Shown here: positions 29,294 through 37,716 of the stretch, piece by piece
Layout: each line of letters opens with the position of its first letter
Numbering within the stretch: position 1 is the first letter of the stretch
Source: Candidatus Eiseniibacteriota bacterium
GTDB taxonomy: Bacteria; Eisenbacteria; RBG-16-71-46
Length of the DNA stretch: 64,000 nucleotides
Assembly (NCBI GenBank): GCA_963776245.1
Contig: CAVZLN010000003.1
Location: forward strand, 576,001 to 640,000
Direction of reading: 5' to 3'
Program-made: the position numbers and the translations under genes
The notes under the pieces: model-generated
Told to the model about the DNA's origin: nothing
Databases searched by the model: none
Seen by the model: only the letters and a program-made list of their open reading frames with translations

Positions 29294-29974
29294 TCAGTCC
29301 TTCACGCTGTAGATCTTGAACACGCCCTTCCTCTCCGCGACCGACCGCAGCCACCCGAGCCGTTCGATTTGTCCTTGCCCGTCGCTCACCACCAGCCTGA
29401 GGCCGTTGTGGAGACGGAAGTTCCGGTATTGAACGACGGTGTCGGGGGGATCGAAACGCACGAACTCGAGCGGCTGCCCTTCCGCTTCCTCGATGGCGGA
29501 CCCGGCCCCTCCGTAGAGCCGTGCATAGAGGATCTTCCAGCCATCCTCCCACGTGAGTCCGGTGGCGGGACGACTCTGCGGGAACTCCCGCCACAGGATC
29601 TCGCGGAACTCGCGCTCGTCGATCGAGAGCGCGAGCAACGAATCCCGGCGCGCGTGATGGAGCGCCCGACAGATCGCGCGGCCCAGTTCGTCCAGGTTCC
29701 GGGCGCCTCCGCGGAAGCGCGACCGCACGCTCGGGGCCCCCAGCCGACGACCGAGCCCCGTCGCGAGCGATTCCGGGTCGTACGCCGGTCGGTAGCCCGG
29801 CGAGTCCTGGATGGAAGGTCGGCGACCCGTCGCGTCCATCGTGCCGGCGGGACCGGCGATCGCCGGGAGGGCGCAGGCAAGAGCGAGCGCGAGCGCGGCC
29901 GCGAGAGTGAGCGCCCGCGGCACTCCGGGGGAAAGCGCTCCGAGTCGCCCACCGCGGCTTTCTGGCGCTCTCAT
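29294..29974 (-). CDS. Exported hypothetical protein
   Basis: ATGA overlap with the TBDR stop; signal-peptide-like segment; globular-looking C-terminus (EREFREILWREFPQSRP...GVFKIYSVKD). Confidence 0.7.
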   Translation of the reverse strand: MRAPESRGGRLGALSPGVPRALTLAAALALALACALPAIAGPAGTMDATGRRPSIQDSPGYRPAYDPESLATGLGRRLGAPSVRSRFRGGARNLDELGRAICRALHHARRDSLLALSIDEREFREILWREFPQSRPATGLTWEDGWKILYARLYGGAGSAIEEAEGQPLEFVRFDPPDTVVQYRNFRLHNGLRLVVSDGQGQIERLGWLRSVAERKGVFKIYSVKD

Positions 29975-32826
29975 GAGCCGAACGAGCAGCCCAGCGAGTA
30001 GCTGCGGCCGGTGTGGCTGTGCGACACCTCGCGCCCGCCTTGCAGCAGCCGCGTCTCGCGGTCGAGCAGGTTCTTGGCCGCCATCCTGAGGCGCGCGCCG
30101 GGGAAGAACTGCAGGTTCAGCGTGACGTCGAGCGTGGTCATCGGCTGCTCGTACACGTCCCCGATCGACTTGAGCCCGAGCGCGTTGAGCCGTCGGCCGA
30201 CGCGGCTGAGGAGGACTGCGGCGTCCACCTTCCCCGCCCGGCTCGTACAGCCCAGCCCGGCATTCAACACATTGTTGGCCTGTCCCTGCAGCGGATGCTC
30301 CTTCGTGCCATACGAGATCAACTGCGCCCGGGGACGGACGCGGGACGTGATGAACGAGCCGTTCGTGTTGAGCGTGAGGCCGGTCAGGCGTCGCCACAGG
30401 CGTCCCAGGCTCGCGCGCGCCTCCAGCTCCATGCCGCGGCTGAAGCCCTTCTCCGAGTTGTAGGGCTTGAGCGTGAGCGGCGTGGACGGCTCGAGCACCT
30501 GTTCGATCGGCTCCTCGAGGCGCTTGTGGAACGCGCCGACCGCCATCACCTCGGTGGGCGAGGGGAAGGCCTCGACGCGCACGTCGTAGTTGTCGAGCAG
30601 CGCGCGTCGCAGCTGCGGATTGCCCGCCTGCTGGAACCCGCCGATGTACTCGAGTGCCGGGCTCGGCGAGAGCTCGTTGAGGTCGGGCCGGGACAGAGTG
30701 CGGCTGGCCGCGATGCGCACGTTGATCGCCGTCGTCGCGGACCACGTCAGGTTCCCCGAGGGCAGCCAGTCGGTGTTCGCGAAGCCGCCCTGCGCGGTCA
30801 CCCGGGACGGGTTGAACAGGTCGAAGCTGCGGACGTCCTGGGTCCCGCGCTCCACGCGCAGGCCGAGGGTGGTGCGCAGGGACGATCCCATCGGGACCTC
30901 GACGCTCAGGAACCCCGCCGCGACGCGCTGCTGGGCGACGTAGTTGTCCTGCGAGAGCGTGGCTTCATCGACGTAGCCGCTCCCCGGCTTGCCATCGAAC
31001 GCCTCCGGGCCGAACAGGACCTCGGGCGGAGCGGTCGGGTCCGCGTTCGCGTTCGCGTAGAAGTTGAACCGGCGGTAGAAGTTGTCGCGGTCCTTGTCCT
31101 GGCGGCTGAAGCCCGCCACCGTCCTGCCGCGGCCGAGCCGGCCGAGCCGGAACGGCGTGGTGGCACTCACCGTGACCCCGCGGTCGACGTCGCGCAGGTC
31201 GCCATACTCGCGCCGGCCGACCGAACCCGTCCACGAGTCCACCAGGTGGCCGGTGCCGTCGTCGTAGGGGTGGTAGCTGTACGACGTCTCCCGCCGGTCG
31301 GGCTGCTGCCGCTTCGCCCGCGAGCGGCTGAGGTTCCAGTCGAACCGGGTGCCGAACAGGCCCGCGAACTCATGTTGGCCACCGGCCGTGCCCGACAGCA
31401 CGTCGCGCTCGACGTACATCAGCCGCGTGTCGCGATGGACGAGCCAGGTGCCGGTGGTCCCGTCGACCTGATTGTGGTCCGTGCCCTCGTACACCCGCAC
31501 TTCGTCATCGGCGCTGTGGGTCCAGATGGCGCGCGCGTGCAGGGTGTGGCGCGGGGACAGCCGGTACGAGATCCCGGTCACGTTGCCGAGCTGCACCGTC
31601 TCCCTCGAACGGTTGACCGCATAGTCGTAGAGGGTGTCGTCGGCGTTGGGGAAGAAGCGCTCGGAGGCGTCGGTCTGGTCGAAGGAGCGCGAGACGCTCC
31701 ACGACTCGATCATCCCGAGCGGGCGCCCGAATAGCTTGAACTCGTCCCCGTAGGCGGCGGAGTAGCTGGCGTTCGGGATCGCGCGCGTTCGCGTCGGCGA
31801 CCAGATGTTGCTGAACGAGCGCCCGACCGCCGCGAGCGTGGAGCGCGTGAAGAACCCGCGCGCGGGGCTGCCCTCGCGCAGCTGGGCGCCGCCCGCGAGG
31901 TCGAACACGGCATCCGGGATGCGCCGCGCGTCGCTGCCGAAGCCGAACAGGTCCGCCCGCGAGCCGGCGTACGTCCGCAGGTGCTGGAACGTCGTTCCCT
32001 CGGCCCAACCCTGTGAGACCGAGTACGACCAGGTGCGCCGGCCCGGGAAGTCCTTGGTCCGCACCTGCACATCCCCTCCGCCGAACTCGCCCGGCCGGTC
32101 GGCGGTGTAGGTCTTCTGGATCGTGATGTTCTCGAGCAGGCTGGCCGGGAACAGGTCGAGGGGGACCACGCGCTTGTTCTGTTCGGGGCTCGCGATGCGG
32201 ACGCCATCCACCTCGGTCGAGCTGTAGCGCTCGCCGAGCCCGCGGACGAACACGAACTTCCCGCTCGAGACCGTGAGCCCGGTCACCCGCCGCAGCACCT
32301 CGGCGGCGTCCCGGTCCGGGGACCGGCGCACCTGCTCGGCGCTGATCGCGTCCCCCACCGTGACGGCTCGCCTGCGCGTGGCAAGGATCGCCCCCTCGGT
32401 GTTCTGCCGGGCGCGCGCGTCGACCACGATCTCCGGCTGCTGCAGTGCCTCGGGCGCCAGGCCGGTGTCGAACGGGAGAAGGCGGCCCGCCTCGATGAGG
32501 ATCCCCTCGACGCGCTTGCGCGCGTAGGACAAGGCGCGGAGCTCGAGCGCGTACCTGCCGGGCGCGACCTCGATCAGGAACGTGCCGTCCGCGTTCGCCA
32601 TCGTGCCCACGGGGCGCAGCGCGGTGTCCGCGGGGATCAGACGGACGTCCGCGAAACCCAGCGGCTCGCCGGTGTCGGTCGCGACGAGGCGGCCCTGGAT
32701 CTTCCCGGTCGCGGCGGCGAGCGCGGGGTGGGCGCCGGGAACAACGAGGAGGGCGAAGGCGATACCGATCGCCCACGCGCACCGGAAAGCGGGATTCCTG
32801 TGCGTCGATCCCATCGTGCGATACAT
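29971..32826 (-). CDS. TonB-dependent receptor with N-terminal carboxypeptidase-regulatory-like domain
   Basis: GKIQGRLVATDTGEPL, plug DAISAEQV...VRGLGERYS...VPLDLFP, barrel RTLSRPDLNEL, GNPQL, LQGQA, KNLLD; GGAGG RBS. Confidence 0.93.
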   Translation of the reverse strand: MYRTMGSTHRNPAFRCAWAIGIAFALLVVPGAHPALAAATGKIQGRLVATDTGEPLGFADVRLIPADTALRPVGTMANADGTFLIEVAPGRYALELRALSYARKRVEGILIEAGRLLPFDTGLAPEALQQPEIVVDARARQNTEGAILATRRRAVTVGDAISAEQVRRSPDRDAAEVLRRVTGLTVSSGKFVFVRGLGERYSSTEVDGVRIASPEQNKRVVPLDLFPASLLENITIQKTYTADRPGEFGGGDVQVRTKDFPGRRTWSYSVSQGWAEGTTFQHLRTYAGSRADLFGFGSDARRIPDAVFDLAGGAQLREGSPARGFFTRSTLAAVGRSFSNIWSPTRTRAIPNASYSAAYGDEFKLFGRPLGMIESWSVSRSFDQTDASERFFPNADDTLYDYAVNRSRETVQLGNVTGISYRLSPRHTLHARAIWTHSADDEVRVYEGTDHNQVDGTTGTWLVHRDTRLMYVERDVLSGTAGGQHEFAGLFGTRFDWNLSRSRAKRQQPDRRETSYSYHPYDDGTGHLVDSWTGSVGRREYGDLRDVDRGVTVSATTPFRLGRLGRGRTVAGFSRQDKDRDNFYRRFNFYANANADPTAPPEVLFGPEAFDGKPGSGYVDEATLSQDNYVAQQRVAAGFLSVEVPMGSSLRTTLGLRVERGTQDVRSFDLFNPSRVTAQGGFANTDWLPSGNLTWSATTAINVRIAASRTLSRPDLNELSPSPALEYIGGFQQAGNPQLRRALLDNYDVRVEAFPSPTEVMAVGAFHKRLEEPIEQVLEPSTPLTLKPYNSEKGFSRGMELEARASLGRLWRRLTGLTLNTNGSFITSRVRPRAQLISYGTKEHPLQGQANNVLNAGLGCTSRAGKVDAAVLLSRVGRRLNALGLKSIGDVYEQPMTTLDVTLNLQFFPGARLRMAAKNLLDRETRLLQGGREVSHSHTGRSYSLGCSFGS

Positions 32827-32946
32827 CCGTTCATCCTCCGGGGAAGGGAAGGTGCAAGGGTTCACCCGGTTGCGTCGGGGACCTCCTCCGTGCCGGGGCC
32901 GGACCGCGGCGTCGCCGCGACCGGCCCGGCTCGGAGCGTTGCGATG

Positions 32947-34695
32947 TCAATTCACACGGACGATCTTGCCCGTGGCCGAGACCCCTGCGGTGAGCACCTT
33001 GTAGAAGTACACGCCGCCCGGGGTGTCGCGATCCACGTCCCAGGTCAGCGAATGCGGCCCGGCCGGCAGCTCGCCTGGCTCCAGCGCCGCCACGCGGCGG
33101 CCCGACGCGCTGAAGATCTCGACCCGGACCTTCCCCGCCTTCGGAAGCGTGAAGTCGAATCGCGCGCGGTCGTGGAACGGGTTCGGCGCACTGCTCGCGA
33201 CGAACACGTTGCCGGTCGCGACGGGTGCCGACGCCAGGTTGCAGAACAGCGACGGCGCGGCGGGCGGCGCGGCGCAGTGCGCCTCGAACGTCGCGTTGTC
33301 GTCGATTTTGAGCGCCGCGGTCTTGAAGCTGTAGACGATCGAGTTCAGCAGTTGACCCGCGGTGCCGCGACGCCAGTTGACGCCCGAGGTCGGCCCCGGA
33401 AACGTCGGGCCGACGCGCTTGTCGCCGACCATCGTGAGGTTCGCGACCGTCGGGTTGGAGCGCCCCGAACACACGGTGGCGTTGAAGTCGAACTCGTTGT
33501 TGTCGGCCTCGATGCCCTTGTCCCCGTTCTGGGTTCCCGAAGGCGCGAATCGCGGGCTCTGGCGCACGATCACGAACTGCGAACGGCCGGTGTAGCCCAT
33601 CTGCCAATCGTAGCCGTCGTCGGTGCCGTCGATGCCGATCAGGTACTTGGTGTCCATCGCGCCGCCGAACCACTCGAACGAGTCGTCCGCGCCACGGAAG
33701 GCCTCCAGGTGGTCGGCCCGAGTGCCGCGGCCGACCGCGCAGAACGTGAACGAGTTCAGCTCGTTGTTCGGCGTGATCTCGCGTCCCGAGAACTCGACCC
33801 GCACGTAGGCGATGGCGCCCGAGTTGTCGTTGTCGTCGCCGCCCCCGTAGTAGCCCACCAGGCCGCCCTCGGTCGCGGCGGAATCTCCGGCACACGAATT
33901 GGCAAGATTGGTCTTGGCGCGGCCGTTGATGATGAGGCCGCCGCCCGCCCCGGTCGCCATCGAGCCCGGCGTGTCATCGCCGGTGATGATGATCGGCTGC
34001 GTCGGGGTACCGACGGCGAAGATCTGGGCGCCGCGCTCGATGATGATGGTGCCCACCGTCGCGCGCTCCTCGAACACCACCACCCCCGCCGGGATGGTGA
34101 GGGCCGCCGGGCTCTTCACGCGCAGCTGCCCGCGGATGAGGTAGTTGCTGTCCGCCGCCCAGGTCTGGCTCGCGTACAGGTTGATGTTGTCGTAGATCGC
34201 CAGTGGGCGCGGATTCGGCATGCCCACGAGGTGCAGGTCCGTGCGGCTTGCGCCGGTCGAATCGTAGACGGTCCAGCCCTGCGTCCAGTCCTCGGCCGGG
34301 TCCGGCGATAGCGCGCCCGCGTAGCACGTCTGCTGGAAGAAGCCGTCGTTGGGGAGTGTCACCGCGTGCCCGTAGGCCGGGCTGCCGAGCGCGGGGCGGA
34401 AATCGGGCACCACGTTCGCCTGATACATGGCGTTCGGAAGCAGCGGGTCGGCATAGCGGTTGTCGGTGAAGGTCACCGTGCCGAGGTCGGCGGCCGTGAA
34501 CGGCAGCGCGCAGGTCGGTCCGGTCGCCGAGCCGACGAACTGGCCGCGGAACGTGCCGGTGGCGTTGTTGTTGAAGACGACATTGCCGTCGAAGACCAAC
34601 TGCGCGGCGGCGGCGCCGGCGGTCAGGGCGAGCAATCCGAGTGCGGCCAGGCCGCGGCGCAGGATCGAGAGTCCGTCGTGGTGCGTGAATCGCAT
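32947..34695 (-). CDS. Exported parallel-beta-helix-like protein with FlgD-Ig/T9SS-like C-terminal domain
   Basis: Signal peptide; GGGDDNDNSGAIAYVRVEF, NELNSFT, DDSFEWFGG, DDGYDW, GIEADNN; C-terminal PNPF...IFSASGRRV...LTWD...GVYFY; GGGAGG RBS. Confidence 0.85.
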   Translation of the reverse strand: MRFTHHDGLSILRRGLAALGLLALTAGAAAAQLVFDGNVVFNNNATGTFRGQFVGSATGPTCALPFTAADLGTVTFTDNRYADPLLPNAMYQANVVPDFRPALGSPAYGHAVTLPNDGFFQQTCYAGALSPDPAEDWTQGWTVYDSTGASRTDLHLVGMPNPRPLAIYDNINLYASQTWAADSNYLIRGQLRVKSPAALTIPAGVVVFEERATVGTIIIERGAQIFAVGTPTQPIIITGDDTPGSMATGAGGGLIINGRAKTNLANSCAGDSAATEGGLVGYYGGGDDNDNSGAIAYVRVEFSGREITPNNELNSFTFCAVGRGTRADHLEAFRGADDSFEWFGGAMDTKYLIGIDGTDDGYDWQMGYTGRSQFVIVRQSPRFAPSGTQNGDKGIEADNNEFDFNATVCSGRSNPTVANLTMVGDKRVGPTFPGPTSGVNWRRGTAGQLLNSIVYSFKTAALKIDDNATFEAHCAAPPAAPSLFCNLASAPVATGNVFVASSAPNPFHDRARFDFTLPKAGKVRVEIFSASGRRVAALEPGELPAGPHSLTWDVDRDTPGGVYFYKVLTAGVSATGKIVRVN

Positions 34696-34926
34696 GGTGC
34701 CTCCCGGGCTGGGCGAGTGGTCGAGTGGACGAGGCGGGCGGACGGGTCCCGGAACGGCCGGAGTTCGCGCGTCAGGGAGCCAGCCTGAGCGCGCGATCCG
34801 GACCACTCCAAGCAGGTTGGGGAGCGGCGTTGCCGAGCGGATGTGACCTTGCTCGCGGCAGCCGATGACGACGCACCTTCCCAGCGACGGCGACCCTTTT
34901 GCCGCGGCCGCTCCCCGGCGATGCGC

Positions 34927-34981
34927 ACGCTATCCCGCGCCCGGGCGCGGGCACGTGAACGCGATGTCACGCGGCGGTAAA
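34927..34981 (-). promoter_or_regulatory. Putative pho boxes upstream of the beta-helix/TBDR operon
   Basis: + strand GTGAA 34955, GTCAC 34966, GTAAA 34977 at 11-bp spacing; candidate minus-strand -10 TAGCGT (34932-34927). Confidence 0.5.
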
Positions 34982-35035
34982 AGACGAGCGCCCCCGCGTG
35001 AACGGACGCGGGGGCGCTGGCGAGCGGCGCGGCCG

Positions 35036-36814
35036 TCAGGCGTGCACGGGCGCGGCCACACCGTCGCGCGGGATCTCGAATCGGAACACGCTGCCCGCGC
35101 CGGGCGCGCTGGTCACCGACACCTCGCCGCCGTGGAGCGTGACGATGTGCTTCACGATCGAGAGCCCGAGCCCGGTGCCGCCCTGATCGCGCGAGCGCGC
35201 CTTGTCGACCCGATAGAAGCGCTCGAAGATGCGCGGCTGGTCGTCCCCGGGGATGCCACAGCCGGTGTCCCGCACCTCGCACCACGCGCGCGGCTCGTCG
35301 CCGCCGAGGACCACCCGCACCTCGCCATGCTCGGTGTACTTGAGCGCGTTGTCGAGCAGGTTGGCGAGCACCTGCTCGAGCCGCGCGCGGTCGGCGACGA
35401 CCGGCTGCGCCCCGCCGGGCTCGAGCGCCAGCGTCAGACCGCCCTGCTCGGCGCGACGGCGGAAGGCGGTCAGCTGCGCCGCCGCCAGCTCCCGCAGGTC
35501 GAACCGCTCGGTCCGCAGCCGCGTGCCGGGCCGCTCGAGCTCGGCGAGCGAGAGCAGGTCCTCGACCAGCGCCTCGAGCCTCACCGCCTGATCGCGCATC
35601 ACGCGCACGAAGCCCTCGCGGTTCGCGGCGTCCTCGAGCCCGCCGTCCAACAGCGTCTCAGCGTAGCCGCGCAGCGAGGTGAGCGGGGTGCGCAGCTCGT
35701 GCGAGACGTTAGCGACGAAGTCCTGGCGCACGCGGTCGAGCCGCTCCACCTCGGTGAGGTCGTGCACCACCAGGAGCACCGGCGCGCGGCCCGGTCCGCC
35801 GAGCGGGGTGACCGTGGCGCGCAGCGAACGCTGGCCCGGCGACCACAGGCGGACGTCGCGCTCCACCGTGCGGCCGGCGGCGCGCGCGGCGTGGAGCAGG
35901 TCGTCCAGCTCGGGCGCGCGCGCGAACTCCGACAGCGGCATCGCCCCGGGCGGCGGCAGCGGAGCGCCCAGCAGCGTGGCGAGCGCGTGGTTCATGTGCA
36001 CCACCCGGCCGTCGCCATCGATCAGCGCCACGCCGTCGGTCATGTGCGCCAGGATGCGCTCGCGCTCGTCGCGCTCGCTCTCGAGCGCCTCCAGCCGCGC
36101 GTGCAGGACGCCCGCGGTCTGATTGAGCGCGGCGCCGAGCCGGCCCAGTTCGTCGGCGGGCTGCTCGAGCGCCCGCGCCGCCGCCTCGCCGGCCCCGATC
36201 GCGTGCGCCACCGACTCCAGCGCGCGCACGCGCTCGGACTGCTGGTGGGCGAACCGGAACACCACGGCGAGTGCCACCAGCAGCGTGGCGCCCGCGGCCA
36301 GCACCAGCAGGCCGAGCAGTGCTGTGGTGAGGCGGGTGAGGTCGGCGAGCGGCTCGGCCACGCGCACCACCGCGACCGCGCCGGCACGGGCCGGGAACGC
36401 GACGTAGAGCAGGTCGGCCCCGAGCGTGGCGCTGTGCCGCACGGACACCCCCTCGCGACCCTGAAGGGCGGCGCGGACCTCGGGCCGGCCGGCGTGATTG
36501 TCGAGCGCAGCGAGTTGCGCCGAGGTCAGCGCGGCGTCCCCGAGCACCCGCCCGGTCGCGTCGATCAGCGTCACCCGGCAGGCGAGCGCCCGGCCCATCT
36601 CGGTCGAGAACGCCGGCCAGTCGGCGGCCAGCGCGAGCGGGTCGCGGTGAAGCTCGCGCCCGATGATGCGCGCCGAGCGCTCCAGCGCCTGAGTGCTCAG
36701 GCGCATCATCCAGTGGCGCTGCTCGCGCACCGCCACCAGCGTGACCACCGCGAGCGCGAGCGCGAGCACGAGCCCGAAGGCGAGGAACAGCCGGGTGCGG
36801 ATGGGGAGCGCCAT
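35036..36814 (-). CDS. phoR: Phosphate regulon sensor kinase
   Basis: NHAGRPEV periplasmic motif, HAMP, PAS, FVANVSHELRTPLT, NLLDNALKYT, FYRVDKARSR, GGTGLGL. Confidence 0.93.
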   Translation of the reverse strand: MALPIRTRLFLAFGLVLALALAVVTLVAVREQRHWMMRLSTQALERSARIIGRELHRDPLALAADWPAFSTEMGRALACRVTLIDATGRVLGDAALTSAQLAALDNHAGRPEVRAALQGREGVSVRHSATLGADLLYVAFPARAGAVAVVRVAEPLADLTRLTTALLGLLVLAAGATLLVALAVVFRFAHQQSERVRALESVAHAIGAGEAAARALEQPADELGRLGAALNQTAGVLHARLEALESERDERERILAHMTDGVALIDGDGRVVHMNHALATLLGAPLPPPGAMPLSEFARAPELDDLLHAARAAGRTVERDVRLWSPGQRSLRATVTPLGGPGRAPVLLVVHDLTEVERLDRVRQDFVANVSHELRTPLTSLRGYAETLLDGGLEDAANREGFVRVMRDQAVRLEALVEDLLSLAELERPGTRLRTERFDLRELAAAQLTAFRRRAEQGGLTLALEPGGAQPVVADRARLEQVLANLLDNALKYTEHGEVRVVLGGDEPRAWCEVRDTGCGIPGDDQPRIFERFYRVDKARSRDQGGTGLGLSIVKHIVTLHGGEVSVTSAPGAGSVFRFEIPRDGVAAPVHA

Positions 36815-36833
36815 GGTCGGCCGTCGCGGCGGG

Positions 36834-37532
36834 TCAGCGCCCGGGAGTCCCGGCCGGAGCGACGAGCTTGTAGCCCGCCCCGGTCACGGTCTCGATCAGA
36901 TGACGCTCGTCGCCGAGCTTGGCGCGCAGTCGGCGGACATGGACGTCGACCGTGCGGGTCTCGCCGACGTAGTCGTAGCCCCACACCTTCCGGAGCAACT
37001 CCTCGCGCGAGAACACGCGCCCCGGATGGCGCGCGAGGAAGGCGAGCAGTTCGAACTCGCGCGGCGTGAACTCGAGCATGCGTCCGTCGAGGGCGATCGA
37101 GTGCGCCAGCGCGTCCACCCGCAGCCCTCCGACCTCGACCACCCCGCCCTCCCGCGCCGGCCGCGCCCGGCGCAGCAGCGCCTGCACGCGCGCCACCAGC
37201 TCGCGCGGGCTGAACGGCTTCGTCATGTAGTCGTCGGCGCCGCGCTCGAAGCCGAGCAGCTTGTCCATCTCGGCGCCGCGCGCGGTCAGCACCACGACCG
37301 GAAGGTCACGGGTGGCCGGCTCCTCGCGCACCTCGCTCAGGATCTCGAACCCATTCCGCCCGGGCAGCATGAGATCGAGCACCAGCGCGTCGGGGCGCGA
37401 GGCGAACAGCCGCTCGAGCGCCGTCTCGCCATCGCCGAACGCGGCCACGCGGAACCCCACGCGCTCGAGGTTGTACTTGAGCAGATCGCGGATCTCCTTC
37501 TCGTCCTCGACCACCATCACCAGGTCCGCCAT
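36834..37532 (-). CDS. phoB: OmpR-family response regulator PhoB
   Basis: VVEDE, LDLMLP, KPFSPREL, winged helix RTVDVHVRRLRAKL; adjacent to phoR and pst. Confidence 0.9.
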   Translation of the reverse strand: MADLVMVVEDEKEIRDLLKYNLERVGFRVAAFGDGETALERLFASRPDALVLDLMLPGRNGFEILSEVREEPATRDLPVVVLTARGAEMDKLLGFERGADDYMTKPFSPRELVARVQALLRRARPAREGGVVEVGGLRVDALAHSIALDGRMLEFTPREFELLAFLARHPGRVFSREELLRKVWGYDYVGETRTVDVHVRRLRAKLGDERHLIETVTGAGYKLVAPAGTPGR

Positions 37533-37555
37533 CCGGGGCCTCCGTTCGCGGAGCG

Positions 37556-37610
37556 ATGCTACGCGCCACCCGCGGCCGGGGCAATGCCCGCGGTGTTTCC
37601 GGGTTGTGAC
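37556..37610 (-). promoter_or_regulatory. Putative pho box and -10 element of phoBR
   Basis: GTTTC 37595 and GTGAC 37606 (11-bp spacing); 11-mer CGCGGTGTTTC is identical to 28881-28891; -10 TAGCAT (37561-37556). Confidence 0.55.
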
Positions 37611-37716
37611 ATCGGCGATCGAGAGGCTAGATTGCGGGCGGACCCGCGTCCCTGAACGCGTCCGCCCGCCACCTGCGGGTCCGGCCGCGACCCACGCCGT
37701 CCCGGGAAGGCTGCAC

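Noticed and set aside
29294..34806. Horizontally acquired island, based on slightly lower GC by eye
   Set aside because: No integrase, transposase, tRNA or flanking direct repeats are seen, and the composition shift was not quantified.
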